The notes: generated by a model not told the origin, from the sequence alone. A stretch of 64,000 nt of DNA, filler included, from Mitosporidium daphniae (GCF_000760515.2; 7 parts of 7 records of this genome joined end to end with filler, not necessarily neighbours in it), one strand, 5' to 3'; counted from the first letter of the whole stretch, positions 1 to 14,655 are shown. Program-made: numbers and translations.

Positions 1-26
1 TGAAAAATTGGATCTTGTATTAAAGT

Positions 27-891
27 TTAGTAATCTTTATCTGCCAGAACACTCAAGATGTTATCGATTCTTTCCTGCGACAAGATTTGGAAGGATGGCG
101 ATTCCTTTGAAACAACGCCAATCTCTATCTCATCCGGTTTGAATTCATGAGATATGACGACAGAAAGGGCCGTAATAGCAACTTCAATTATTTCCTCCAT
201 GGAATATTCATCGAACGGCTTCTTTTTAAGTCGGGTTTCTAACTCCTGCATAAGTTCCTGCGACTTTTGCCCCGATGCAGTGGCTTTAAAGGATATCATC
301 TGGCCGGCCGGATCCAGCTTGAACAAAACAGGGCCTTTCTCCTCGTCAAATGCAATAAAAGTAATAGCTACGCTGTAAGATTTAAAACAAGGTTACCAAC
401 ACCCATTGGACGCATTCCAGCCTGTTGGGTGGAGACCTGGTTAAGCTTCGCCATTCTTTTCACCAAAAGCTCACATGGCATTTCATAGCCATTTTTATAT
501 TTGAATTCGGCGGCTTCGTGCCTTGCTCTTGAAATCTGAGACAAGCCATCGGCTGAAAGTATTATCAATCGACATCGAACGTACCTTGCATTCCAGAGAC
601 CACACACCCAGTTCCTTTCGTTATTAAATAAAGGGAGGTAACTGTCGTTGGATCGATCATTTTGTCCTAAATGGTAAACGTATGAAAGGTACTGGGAGTT
701 TTTTCTGTGAAACCGCAACAACACAATCTTTTCCTTTGATTGCAAGAGAAGTAAGCCCTGAACTTTGAATGACCTTAAAGGCATATTCTAAAGATATAGT
801 GTCAAAACATACCAACTTGATAAAGACGACCTTCAGGAGAGAATATGGAAATCAAATGATCATAACCTGATCCCTTTCCACTGGTAGCCAT
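27..891 (-). CDS. SCL1: 20S proteasome subunit alpha-1 (PSMA6/SCL1), multi-exon
   Basis: Spliced N-terminus [30 protein letters not shown] (25-nt intron 788-812), then [27 protein letters not shown] and KLDPAG motifs; four short GT-AG introns. Confidence 0.93.
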
Positions 892-922
892 TGAAATTTA
901 AAATTTATAAATCTCAAATTTG

Positions 923-1324
923 ATGGCCAAAGAGGCATCCTCTCAGACTCATGTTTACAAAAGGGTTGTTCAGCGCCAAACCTCGTCACTTTCGGAATAT
1001 ATCCATGGACGCAAATCGGAGCAAGTCCAAGATGCACTCCTGCAGCTTCAAAGCCTGCTCAGTAACCAGCTGGAGGTTTCTGAAATCAATTTCGAGAGGA
1101 TAGACTCATCCTCAAACAGGCTATCAATGCTCTCAGGTGTGTATAAGAAAATGGATGACACCGTAAAAGCTGCCTCAAAAACATTCAAAAAGCTCAGCAG
1201 GGCAAAGAATTTTTATAGAAACCTATTTTTTATTGCTCTGTACATATACGTGGCTGTGATTATATTTGTCATCCTCAAAAGGATACTACCGTGGAAGCTG
1301 CTTTTCTTTGCTAGAAATTACTAA
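923..1324 (+). CDS. SEC20: Sec20/BNIP1-like tail-anchored SNARE
   Basis: Coiled coil (LQSLLSNQLEVSEINFERIDSSS...KKLSR) followed by C-terminal TM LFFIALYIYVAVIIFVILKRI. Confidence 0.7.
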   Translation: MAKEASSQTHVYKRVVQRQTSSLSEYIHGRKSEQVQDALLQLQSLLSNQLEVSEINFERIDSSSNRLSMLSGVYKKMDDTVKAASKTFKKLSRAKNFYRNLFFIALYIYVAVIIFVILKRILPWKLLFFARNY

Positions 1325-1553
1325 GCCTTTAAGATGAGATTCGCAAATAAAATGATTTCCCTTAACCCTTAAAGCGCGGATAACTTCGAAAGATACAATT
1401 TCGGCCGAGGGTTGGGCCCACAGTACAGCCTGAGCTGACCGCCAGCAGATCTGCTCAGAAATCCCACGAGTAGGAGAGCAATTTGATGCGGGGAAAGATT
1501 AATCTCCTTATTTTTAACAGCATGTCATCACTAAAGAATATGATATTCCAAGG

Positions 1554-3022
1554 CTAATCAAACCTTGAGGGAAGCCTATAAACCTTTGAATACATTTTGG
1601 AAATGTTCAATGAAGACTGGATTAAGCGGATAAAATGCTCGCATAATAGAGGGTCGTCCAAGCCATTCAAAAACTTATAATTGTTAATTTGTGCTGCAAG
1701 GCCCTCTAAAAAAGAGAATATGATATCAATTAGGATATCTAAAAAGTCAACCAGACATGATCTTACGAAGCGATGGGATCGAAATAAACAAGTATTCAAA
1801 AAGGTTGCAATTGTCCAAATTTTGCCTGTAAAAGTGGGCTATCAAAGTACTATCTTGCAGGAAATTAAGGTGAATCGCATTGGAAATCACAAAGATCCTG
1901 GTGCATTCTCTTGAATAATTCCAATTTTTCCTTTTAAGCGCCTCAAGTTCAATGCGAGGCAAGTTAGCTATTATGGTGTCTAAATATTGTGCAAGTTTGG
2001 AAATGTATGTGCATCTGACAAGCGATTCAAGGAGCCTTGCATCTGCTTCTTTCTGCAAAGACGCCTTTGAATCATATANACTTTGATATGTTGATATGGA
2101 TGCCATTATGAAAAAGTCAATGCAAAGCAGAATTAGTTCTAGCTTTATGCAATCAACATCTTTTGAAAGAGAAATTGTTGAAACGAGTTTGGGGAAACAA
2201 AGGTTGAATTGAACATATCCGATCTTTGGATATTCAAGATCTGGAAATGTTTTATTTTCCTCAAAAACTTGAAGCGCAAAGGAATGCAGAGAAATGTTCT
2301 CTGGTTTGCATAGAAAACTCAAATTAGATGTCACCATTTCAGGAAACAAATCGTGAATTTGTTCAAGCAACGATGAGAATATCTCCTCCCCAGACGTGAC
2401 CTCTTCACCAGAATAGATAGAAGGAGATGCATTCAAAAAAAGCCTGCAATGGGCTTCGATCTCGGCCAAATAGAAATTTAGAGCAAATTTGCACGGTAGA
2501 ACTTCAAAAATCCAATCTAGAAGATAAATTACAAAGTGACAGACCCTTTATGGATGAAATGGAAGAATCCTTGAAGATAAAGTTTTTCTTGTCTGCAGAA
2601 GAACGGATAGCCTTTTTGAAAATGTTCAGTAAATGCAATGAAATAACCGAATTTCTCCAAACGGAGGTTGGATCTTCTCTAAACTTAGCAATTGGAAATT
2701 TCAAAAGAGAATCGATATGATGTCTAAAGGAAGCATATGGCTCCAAGAAATAGGGCATAAATTCCAAAAGAATATCGACGTATCGAATTAGCAATTTATA
2801 AGCCGTCAGGAAAAGAGTTGGAGAATAGCTCTTGTTTTGTGAGGATTCGTAATGTAGCGGAAATAGAAGGTCTTCAAAGTAATCAAACCACATCCTTAAT
2901 TCGTTTTCAATCGAGCTGATTTCTTGAGCACCCGAATTCTTGTTTTTGTGAGCCAGCAATTGTGAATACTGCACCGAGGCCTCAAGCTGGGCAATCGACT
3001 GAAAGTGGAACTCGTCAGGCAT
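1554..3022 (-). CDS. Hypothetical multi-exon protein; 3' end uncertain and may extend towards ~1300
   Basis: Consecutive same-strand ORFs 2504-3022, 1747-2469 and 1554-1799; no recognised motif. Confidence 0.5.
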
Positions 3023-3048
3023 CGATTAAAATAAATTTTATTTTGAAA

Positions 3049-3662
3049 TTAAAGTCTGCAATCTTCGTACAAGTATATCATAGAGGACCTCAGCGATGGG
3101 TGTAGATGTCTGCTATCAAATCTAAATAGCTGCATTACCAACCCCCAAACAAGAAAGGTAGATATCAGAAAGCCGCTTTCATATATTTTCGACAAAATAG
3201 CAATGTGCTCATAGTTTGTGAAAAACTTGGACAGCAAAGCAGCAGAAACACGCGATATCAAGTAGTAGACAATCTGGACATTTATCGGGTCCTTCGAGGA
3301 GCCGAAGGTTAGAATGCCGGCAGTTGATCCAGATATGAACTCAATCAATCTAGATTCGGTTTGAAGGCCAAATTTAAGGCACAATTGCTGGATGGCATAC
3401 AAGAATGACTTGTAAAATCCCACATAGAGAGCCAGTTTTCTGCTATGAGAAAAGGTTGCCTCTCCAATCCATTTTAAATGCCCCCGAACGCTATGCAATA
3501 GGAATCAATTGCTTATTACCTCGCTCTTCTAAACAACAAAGACATCACGAATGCGTGGGGAAATCTAATTTTTGCTCCATAAATGGCACCATTTCTGATT
3601 CCTTTCAAAATTTCGGACCAGTGAACTAAAGTATTTGCATTTGGTGGTGGGCTTGTTGACAT
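3049..3662 (-). CDS. PXMP4: Peroxisomal membrane protein 4 (PMP24, Tim17 family)
   Basis: ILKGIRNGAIYGAKIRFPHAFVMSLLF, INVQIVYYLISRV and VWGLVMQLF...LHPSLRSSMIYLY; 29-nt intron 3491-3519. Confidence 0.88.
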
Positions 3663-5734
3663 AAATTTTTTAAATGAAACCGGCAATTGAATGCACAATT
3701 TCATCGAATCTCCTTGCTAGGTTTCCGTTTCTAACCACCTCACTTGGGCAGTTAAATGTCTTGCATTCTGGTACTCTTTCTGGCTAAAATATAGTTTCCC
3801 ACGACTCTGACTGGGTATTTTGATAGTACGCTAACGTCATATGGTAAGGATATTGCATTCTCCTTTCAAAAAATTGTTATCAAAATCTTGCCTGAAGATA
3901 TTGAGCCTCTTTCAATCGACTCGTCACCTTATAATGAAAAAGATAAGCTTTTTGTTCTTTTCCCGTTGACATCGAAAAGCTGGCATGCCACAACATTAAA
4001 GGGGTATTTATTTTCAAAAATATCCCTAGAACGAGAAAGATTGTTTGGACGCCTTATACTTGTCTTAAAGAAAACTTTATTGATTTTTTTTCAACGCTAA
4101 TGGAGTTTGGGACATCCAGCAAGGGCGTCAACTGTGGCATCCATACCCCTCCCTGTAAAGACGAAGACAGCACTGAGTCGTCATTGGTTGAAACCGCATT
4201 TAATGCAATTACCAACTATTTAAATTTAAACGAGAATGCTTCCCTAACTGGTAGTTCTGTTTTGTTTCAAATGATTAGCTGCCCTATTGCTTGCAACAGA
4301 ATTTCGATCGATTAGAGATTTCTTTACAAGAGCCAGTTTACCTATACTTTTAGACATAGGGATAGACGGAAATCTTGCATATGACCTGCTAGAACTGATA
4401 GACCAGTTTGGGTAATTGGGACGCCGTTAAACACCTACTCCAATATGTTATTTTTACTGCCATCTGAAGATCCCATCTCCTCGCTATAATATGCTTAAAA
4501 ATTCACAAGAGTCCAAAGTGCAATAAAGCTATTTTTACGTATTTATAATACCGCGTTTAATGATTCTGGGTCTGGCTTAAAAAAAAAATTCCCTACCGCC
4601 ATCCAGCCATGAGGTTCATTGGTATCACATATTTACATCCATAAGCGGCCTTGTATTAAAAAAGGCCACATTTCGGCAAACAATTAATCTTTGAGGTGAT
4701 CATTTGGTTCTGTGTTTTGAGCGAATGAAAAGTTTTACGCCTATAAAAATGCTTAAAAGCCGCTTCCAATCAGCAGTCTTCTCCAATGAAGAAGAAAATG
4801 TTTATCATTTCGCAAGTAATTGTTCTTGTTATTTTTTCCGATGTTTTTTACCATCGAAGATTGATTCAATGCATCATTTGTAAAAAGTATGCTCTTTTAA
4901 GCATATGAGCGAGCAGGGTATCAAAATGCCCAGTCATTTTGGAAACAGATGAACAAATGTATTTTTCACCGCCCATTAAAAGGATGTACGGGCCTCAATA
5001 TGTGCATCCGATAAGCCCACGCCAAACATTCTCGGTCAAGGGCTCAACCTTATAGCTAGCCAATACATCCCTCAATCAAAAAAGATTGGCCTCTTTAAAA
5101 GAAACGGCCGCCAGTGTGTAAACTGCTTCTAATGAATGCTTATGAAATTTAAAATATAATTTTTTCAATTGGCATTATCATTTGCGTCAGAAGGCACCTA
5201 ATGATGCTTGAGATAAATTTTGTAAAAAATAAAAAGTTCCAACCGCGTTTATATGATTGACTGACCAGTGCTTAAGCATATCTGGTTGATGTTGAAGTTG
5301 AGAAATTTAAAACTTTAAACTAGCCCGAAAGTCTGCAAAAACAACGCCAACCTTCCAATAGGCTTTGAAAGATACCCCTCGATTCTTCCAAGGATACACG
5401 CTATGAGCAGACTCTTGTTTAGATCGGCTAGCTAGCTAGCTTCCACATTTTCCGGTGCCTTTTTGGAGCGGGGCAAGTCAAGCGGCGAAGAGCGCCCCAA
5501 TGCAATTGCGCATCTGTGATTGGCCAGCATTTGTGTTAACTTGGAGCCATCGACGGGTAATACCAAATCAGCTCTGATGGCCGTTGTTTTTTACACACGA
5601 CTCACGTTAACGGGTAAAAAGCAATATTTAAGAAAAGCATTGTGGCCATATTTAGCAAGGAAGTGCAAATCAACAAATGATGCCCATCCGACGTTAAAAT
5701 TAAAGATCAAGATGATGACTTTTTTAATTTAAAG

Positions 5735-6568
5735 ATGATGTTGCATTCGGTGCTCCTATCAATTCTATTGGGGTTTTCATTTTCGTTCCTTCCTTGCCCT
5801 CTCAAGGCCAAAAATGTCGGCAAGGCAAATGAATGTGTTGAAGATGATGAAGCATTCCAGTATCGAAACTTTATTTCAAAATTAGACTATCCCTTAGACT
5901 GTGCTAGATCTCCACTTTCGGTTGGATCCTGCCTAAATTTAAAAAATCCATATAACCACGACAAAATATCTTCCCTTTTCGTTAATATGGTAGTGATGAA
6001 TTCAAGGTTTATTTCGTCCAAACTTCCTGCAGCGCCTCTCATCTTGATCCCCTGGGGATTCCCCTTCTCGTCGTTTGTAATCAAAAGCTATGACATACCT
6101 ATGAAGAATGCAACCCTGTCTCTGACATCAGTCTCTAATCCAAACATCAGAGATAATGAGTTTCATCTTATCAATGAAGCGATTACCNTTTCCGGATCTG
6201 GAGTTTTACTTTATTTGATTCCATTCACCTTTTCAGGCTCCACTAGCATTAGCCTGCTATCCAAAATATGCATTCCAACAAAAAACAACATCAGCAACAT
6301 ATATAACAGCAGACTTGAGTTTATCTACATGCACATCTTCCTTAAAAGTGCCGTTGTTGAATTAGAATCGGAATTTCTAAATGCTTTATTTAAATACCCT
6401 CTCCGCTTCGGCATGGAGATATTCCGATTGGTGGTAAATATTATCCTCCTTATTGGATCCAAATTTTTTGCAATTTGGGCAAACTGTAGCTTCATTTTGA
6501 AAGGCAAAAGGGCCTTTTTAAAAGAAGACGGAAAAGGAATTCCTCATTGTCCTTTATTTAAACACTGA
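5735..6568 (+). CDS. Hypothetical protein with signal-peptide-like N-terminus
   Basis: 277-aa intronless ORF with hydrophobic N-terminus; no recognised family. Confidence 0.4.
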   Translation: MMLHSVLLSILLGFSFSFLPCPLKAKNVGKANECVEDDEAFQYRNFISKLDYPLDCARSPLSVGSCLNLKNPYNHDKISSLFVNMVVMNSRFISSKLPAAPLILIPWGFPFSSFVIKSYDIPMKNATLSLTSVSNPNIRDNEFHLINEAITXSGSGVLLYLIPFTFSGSTSISLLSKICIPTKNNISNIYNSRLEFIYMHIFLKSAVVELESEFLNALFKYPLRFGMEIFRLVVNIILLIGSKFFAIWANCSFILKGKRAFLKEDGKGIPHCPLFKH

Positions 6569-6838
6569 TTCCCATAATTGAAAATAAAAATTTGCCGTTT
6601 TAAATTAATTATTTTGTAGCATACGCACAAATGATGAAGAGATTTTACAGTTATCCCTATCGGAATCCTGAAGATATTTTCTCTCTGATTTATTAGCATA
6701 TTTACAATGTTTTAAAAACTCCATAGTCAATGCAATTATAGGATCCGCAAGTGCGCGTGTCCCAGAAAAGCAAGCAGGTGTGCTATGGAATGTCGATTTA
6801 AGTATAAATTTAACATTGGAAGTTTAATGATACACTGC

Positions 6839-9374
<2,536 letters not shown>

Positions 9375-9482
9375 GGTATTGGATAAAAGGAGATAAAATT
9401 TTACCTCTGATTTGATTGAAATCGCGAACCACAACATTGCTAGTTGCATTTAAATTTTAGTAAATTTATTCTTTTCGCCACC

Positions 9483-9869
9483 ATGCTAGGAATCGGTGTA
9501 GATTGCGTACTGATCAATCGAATCGAAAGCATAGTGGGCAAGCGACTCGACCCCCATTCGCTTGCCAAACGGATTTTATCCGCTAACGAATATAAATATT
9601 TTGGCAGCACTTTCACAGATCCACGCTCATCTAAATGTGTTTCGTTTCTGGCTGGTAGATTTGCATTAAAGGAGGCCTCTTTCAAGGCCCTCAGCTCTTC
9701 ATCGGCTCTTAAATGGAACTTTTCTTTCAAAGACATAGAAACCGCTACCCAAGACGGCTCCTGCGTTCCGGTTACTACATATCTGCCATCAAATCTCCCA
9801 CTTGTCACCTCGTTGACTCATGATGGAGGCATTGCAATTGCCGTAGCATTGGTGACTAATAGAGTTTAA
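9483..9869 (+). CDS. AcpS-type 4'-phosphopantetheinyl transferase (fungal Ppt2-like)
   Basis: GIGVDCV, FLAGRFALKEASFKA and SLTHDGGIAIAV motifs. Confidence 0.88.
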   Translation: MLGIGVDCVLINRIESIVGKRLDPHSLAKRILSANEYKYFGSTFTDPRSSKCVSFLAGRFALKEASFKALSSSSALKWNFSFKDIETATQDGSCVPVTTYLPSNLPLVTSLTHDGGIAIAVALVTNRV

Positions 9870-9943
9870 CTTCATTATGATTTATTCATAATTGAATGGA
9901 TAGAAGCTACGGGAGGAAAGGTGTTTGCGTGATACAGTGGGAT

Positions 9944-10246
<303 letters not shown>

Positions 10247-10291
10247 TCAATGGTTGAATCAAAATGACCAATGATCAGCTACGCCTTATAT

Positions 10292-10391
10292 NNNNNNNNN
10301 NNNNNNNNNNNNNNNNNNNNNNNNNNNNNNNNNNNTTAATTAATTAANNNNNNNNNNNNNNNNNNNNNNNNNNNNNNNNNNNNNNNNNNNN
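10292..10391. other. Artificial contig spacer (N-run/TTAATTAATTAA/N-run); the same spacer occurs at 20677-20776, 31001-31100, 41218-41317, 51185-51284 and 61142-61241
   Basis: Six identical 100-nt spacers with stops in all six frames; complete contigs decrease in length. Confidence 0.98.
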
Positions 10392-10421
10392 CAGGTTCGA
10401 GCCCTGCTAGCCTCGTTTTTT

Positions 10422-12248
10422 ATGATTTTAAAATCGCATCAAATAGGCGAATTGGTGCTGAGAATCGAGAAAAATACTCTCTCATATGAGGAATTTACGC
10501 AGTCCTCGATGGCCACTTCCTCTATATCAAGGTACACTTTCATTATTTTACTTATTTTACAAGCACCTCCAAGTCAAATATTCTTCAGTCTCTTTTTTTG
10601 TCGCTATATTCTTTACAGCATTTGACATTGCCAGAAAACACACCATGCATTGCCGAGTTTATCCGTGTTAAGGGAGGTTCGACCATTGTAGCGAGCATTT
10701 TATCCCCATTTTTGTATCGATACGAGATTGTATATTCGGTACTTGATTTAATTTCGATATTGTTTGAAAACGACAAACTTTGCAGCGGCATTGTCCCAAA
10801 TGCTTCTGAGTATCTGCCTGCAATTATTTCTCTGTACGAGGAATTGGTATTTTAAAATCTTTATAGCTAGAATCAAAATGGCCTTCTGGAAACGTTGTCT
10901 ATTCTTGTTACCCGTTTGCTAAACTCCTCGCCCTTTAATCCAAAGGAGACAAAGTCGCTTACATTTTTATCGCTAAAGCTGGTGGAAGAATTTCTATTGA
11001 TGCAAAATTTATGCGACATCCATCACCAGGAAGCATTGTCGTTCAATTTTGTTGATCGTTTTTACATTTCTTTCGGCTTTTTTTCCTCTTCCATGATGGC
11101 CATAGATTCGGTGGTTGTAAAAGTTAAAAATTCCGAAGAAAAGGTGAACATTTCAGAAGTTGATGAGTATGTGGCAGAGCTGCTGCCATTGGCCTTGCGG
11201 TCCAGCCAGGAGCTAAAGAAAACATTTGGTTGTCTAGCTTTTGAGCCCTTCTTGTGTCACCTACAAGTAATGACATCTCGATTTATTGCCTCCTTAGACC
11301 GTGTTTTCGATGGATGGCGAGTTTACAGAGAATGTCTTTGATTGCATATGCGACTACCTTGTTGACGAGGCGGTTAGGGATCATGAGCGCTTACGGCTTG
11401 TAGTCACCACTGTTATCGATCTTTTCAAGTATGTTGTGCCCTAACTTTTAGGCTATCCCTTTCTACTCAAGACAAAGAAAAGGCATTTTCACAACAGGAG
11501 AGGCTTCTCAAGTTGTTGTCGTATTGTTTAAGCCCCCCTTTGTGTAAGATATCTAAATCTCTAAAAGAGCTGGGGCTATTTTTCATCAATGAAGGCGGTC
11601 TAAAATATTTGTTTATTCCTTTGTTGTCTCCTTTCTTTTTGGGGTCTGAATTGGTAGATGGGGATCTTGATACCGGAGACGAAGATGGAAGCATCCAGGA
11701 GTATTTCTTTTGCATTCTTTTTTCGTTGCTGACCAACTTGTCGGATGATGCAACTTGTGTTCGCCGAATCACTTCCAAAATTACTGAAAATAGCTTTGTA
11801 AAACTGAGACGAATATTTGAAATCAGGGAGTACAACCGCAATTTATTGCAGGAAAAAATGGCAAAGCTACAATATGAAGACCCCACCATTGATGCTTCCC
11901 TGCTCGACCAAGGTTCATTTGTGTTGCAGCTGATCGACTGCTCACTTTTACTTTTGATATCTCATAACGACCATGATAGTACGCATTCTGAAGAACCGCC
12001 CTCAAAGCAACCTCGGCACACCAACGTCATCCTCGAAGCTGTGGCGTTGCTTATGCAAGAGGGCTCTCATCAGGTAAATGAAATATATGGCACCGTCAAA
12101 GGTAGGAGTTGACCTTTAAATTACCCCTCGCGTAGAATACATAAAAATGTTGGATAGTGAAGCTGCTTCTGAGCTGAAAGAATTTCTAACATCGATAATC
12201 AAAACTTGCAACTTTATTGATCAAGAAGAGCGCACTTTGAACAGCTAG
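10422..12248 (+). CDS. CTNNBL1: Beta-catenin-like protein 1 (Prp19-complex ARM protein), divergent, multi-exon
   Basis: EYFFCILFSLLTNL...RRITSKITENSFVKLRRIFE and LLDQGSFVLQLID resemble the CTNNBL1 C-terminal motifs; short introns join the ORFs. Confidence 0.62.
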
Positions 12249-12311
12249 CTGCCGCTAAACCTGAATTTACAACATGGCCAGGCAAAAGATCGCCGTTATA
12301 TGAAGATTTAA

Positions 12312-12596
12312 TTAACCAGTAAATTCGCTGTTTCTATTAGCGTTGCGTTGATATGCCTCAAAACATGTTTTAAACGCCAGGACTTCGGGCTGGCATTTAC
12401 GCCAGTCCTTATGATCGTAGTAGCATTCCAATAGGGCTTCATTCAACTCATTACATCCGGTCTTGTCTAGTGCAGCCTCGTATGGATCGTCTTCACTTTG
12501 AGAATGATCTCGAACGCCGATTCTAGGTTGTCTCGCGTGCACATCCGCTCCTATTGGAGTAAGTGGGCATGCCTGATTGGGGATGTGATCCTCCAT
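12312..12596 (-). CDS. COA4: Cytochrome c oxidase assembly factor 4 (twin CX9C)
   Basis: EDDPYEAALDKTGCNELNEALLECYYDHKDWRKCQPEVLAFKTC. Confidence 0.85.
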   Translation of the reverse strand: MEDHIPNQACPLTPIGADVHARQPRIGVRDHSQSEDDPYEAALDKTGCNELNEALLECYYDHKDWRKCQPEVLAFKTCFEAYQRNANRNSEFTG

Positions 12597-12801
12597 ACTA
12601 TGATGCGAAATCAAAAAAGAATTTCAAGTCCATCTTGAGGAGCGGCTCAAATTTAAAAGCCGAACATAACATTTTAATTGCACTCCAAAAGTTGCGGACC
12701 AAACACAGACGGCAATACGACTTTTGATCAATTATCGATGTCCTCATTCATTGATAAATTTCTTTGTTTTGATTTGCTTGTCCCCTGGATTTTATTTTAA
12801 A

Positions 12802-14514
12802 ATGCCAAGCGTTTGCCAGCCGCAGCTTATAACGCTAGCACACTCGTCAACCACATTTTGCCAGCTAGAATATTCTCTTCAAGCGCTTGCAATGGCGTCC
12901 ACGCTTCGTGTCAAGCGAGTGCTTCAGTTGATCCATCCATCGCTCCAGAACGGCTTTGAGAGCAAATCCAAGGTATGCCTCTGCCCTTCAACAATAGAAT
13001 ACCCCTGTGGTCTTGGAAACATGGATTCCGGAGTCGCATTTCACCAATGCGCCCTCCACAAAGGGGCTAGAAGATGAACTTATCAATCCGCACTTTCAGA
13101 TTTCAGAGAACTCATTGCCAGGACTTCGATTCTCCGTTGGAGCGATTACGCTACCCAACCTGCTGCCATTGAAAGGCATTTATTTGCTTTGGCTAACCAA
13201 AGTGCAGATGGCATTTATTCTGGCCGTCTTGTTATGTGCAAGGCTGCTGTTGGGCGCTCTTTTTGTTGCTCTAGTGCAGATGAGCTGAAGGAGATTCCAG
13301 AAGGATACCAATCTCTTTTTATTGATGAAATGCTATCTAAGGAGCCACCGTGTATGCGGGACGACATCCATTAAATTTAGATTCGCTCGCTTTCTGTTCT
13401 GAAGAATCTATTCCGGCTTCCGTCGAGTATGTCATTAAAGATAGACAGCTACTTTTACCGCTCTATCTTGTGGAGGTTGAATGGGATCCTCAAGAGGAGA
13501 AACGATCTCGCCAGGTATTCCAGCATGTGGGATAAATGTAGACCCTTTCGTGCGAAAACTGCGAGAAAGCAGAGGCCGTCATGTATTGCCAAGCAGATAC
13601 AGCTCATCTTTGTGCACTGTGCGACAAGGAGATACATGCTTCAAAGCTGGCATCTAGACATTCCCGAATGCCACTTGAAAAGGTATTTTTTAACGGTAAC
13701 GCCAGGGCCTCCATTGCATCGTCAACTGCCGCTTGCATCCAGAGCGTCTTGCAGAGTTTTTTTGCCCCACCTGCCATGTGGTTGTTTGCCTTTCTTGTAA
13801 AATGATTGGTCACCATTCCAGTGGCGATGCAGCTGAGCATCCTTTGGTTTCCGTTCCAGAAGCATATGCCTCCGTTGTTTCTGCTTCCAACAGCCCAGAC
13901 CCTATCATCGATGAGGGGCGCAAATCGGTTCTTAAGCAATTCAACCGCGTCCAAGCAAAGGCAGAGGTTATCCTTTCAAATGCCTCCCAAATCAGAGAAC
14001 AGCTTTCCAAGGCATACAATTTGGCCCTTGCGGATCTGGATCAACAGATTGCTAAAAAGGTAGTGGATTTTCCCTTTTCCTTTTTCCATTTCTCATATTT
14101 TGATTTGCTAATTTTCAGCTGAGAGTCCTTCGAGGCGATGCTTTTCTGTTTGGCAGACTGCTTCAAGGTCTTGGAAGATCAGCAGAGTTTCTGCGCTATT
14201 TAAAGGTTGGAAGAGATGCGCCTCTCTTTTTGCTTTCTTGGCACCATTACTTGCAAGCAAAGGTGTCGATGTCTGTTATTCCTGCAGCCCACTCTTCAGC
14301 CGTTGCCAGGCCAACCGATCCAAGCCTTTGCCCAGATACGCTATTGGAATTGAAGGGATATTTTTCCATCAATCCCATAAACTCACTAGCTGCTTCCTCG
14401 GCAACATTAAACAGCCAAATAACTATGGCAAAGTCTTACCATTCTGCTCTGTTAAAGAAGGTGCCGGACCAACAATCAGAAGGTGCAGACAGAGCCCTTT
14501 TTTCCCACCATTAA
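12802..14514 (+). CDS. B-box zinc-finger/coiled-coil protein with degenerate PARP-like N-terminal fold, multi-exon
   Basis: CENCEKAEAVMYCQADTAHLCALCDKEIH and HPERLAEFFCPTCHVVVCLSCKMIGHH B-boxes; upstream RLVMCKAAVGR and EYVIKDRQLLLPLYLVE. Confidence 0.75.
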
Positions 14515-14655
14515 GTAGGCGGTAGCTATATACACCAAGGCCAAAGTTTTGTTTCAAATAAAGGTAAACTTTGATCTTTTTATTCGCGGAAATTATTGTT
14601 GCAATCGATGGATATTCTTCGGGAGAGGGGGGGGCATTCAAATACTATATAAATG

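Noticed and set aside
1340..1540. GC-richer stretch as a possible ncRNA
   Set aside because: No conserved RNA motifs found; more likely a final exon of the minus-strand hypothetical gene
10292..10391. Recurrent TTAATTAATTAA palindrome as a biological repeat; ORFs ending X..LIN; gene neighbourhoods across gaps
   Set aside because: It is an assembly linker; adjacent contigs are not known to be linked
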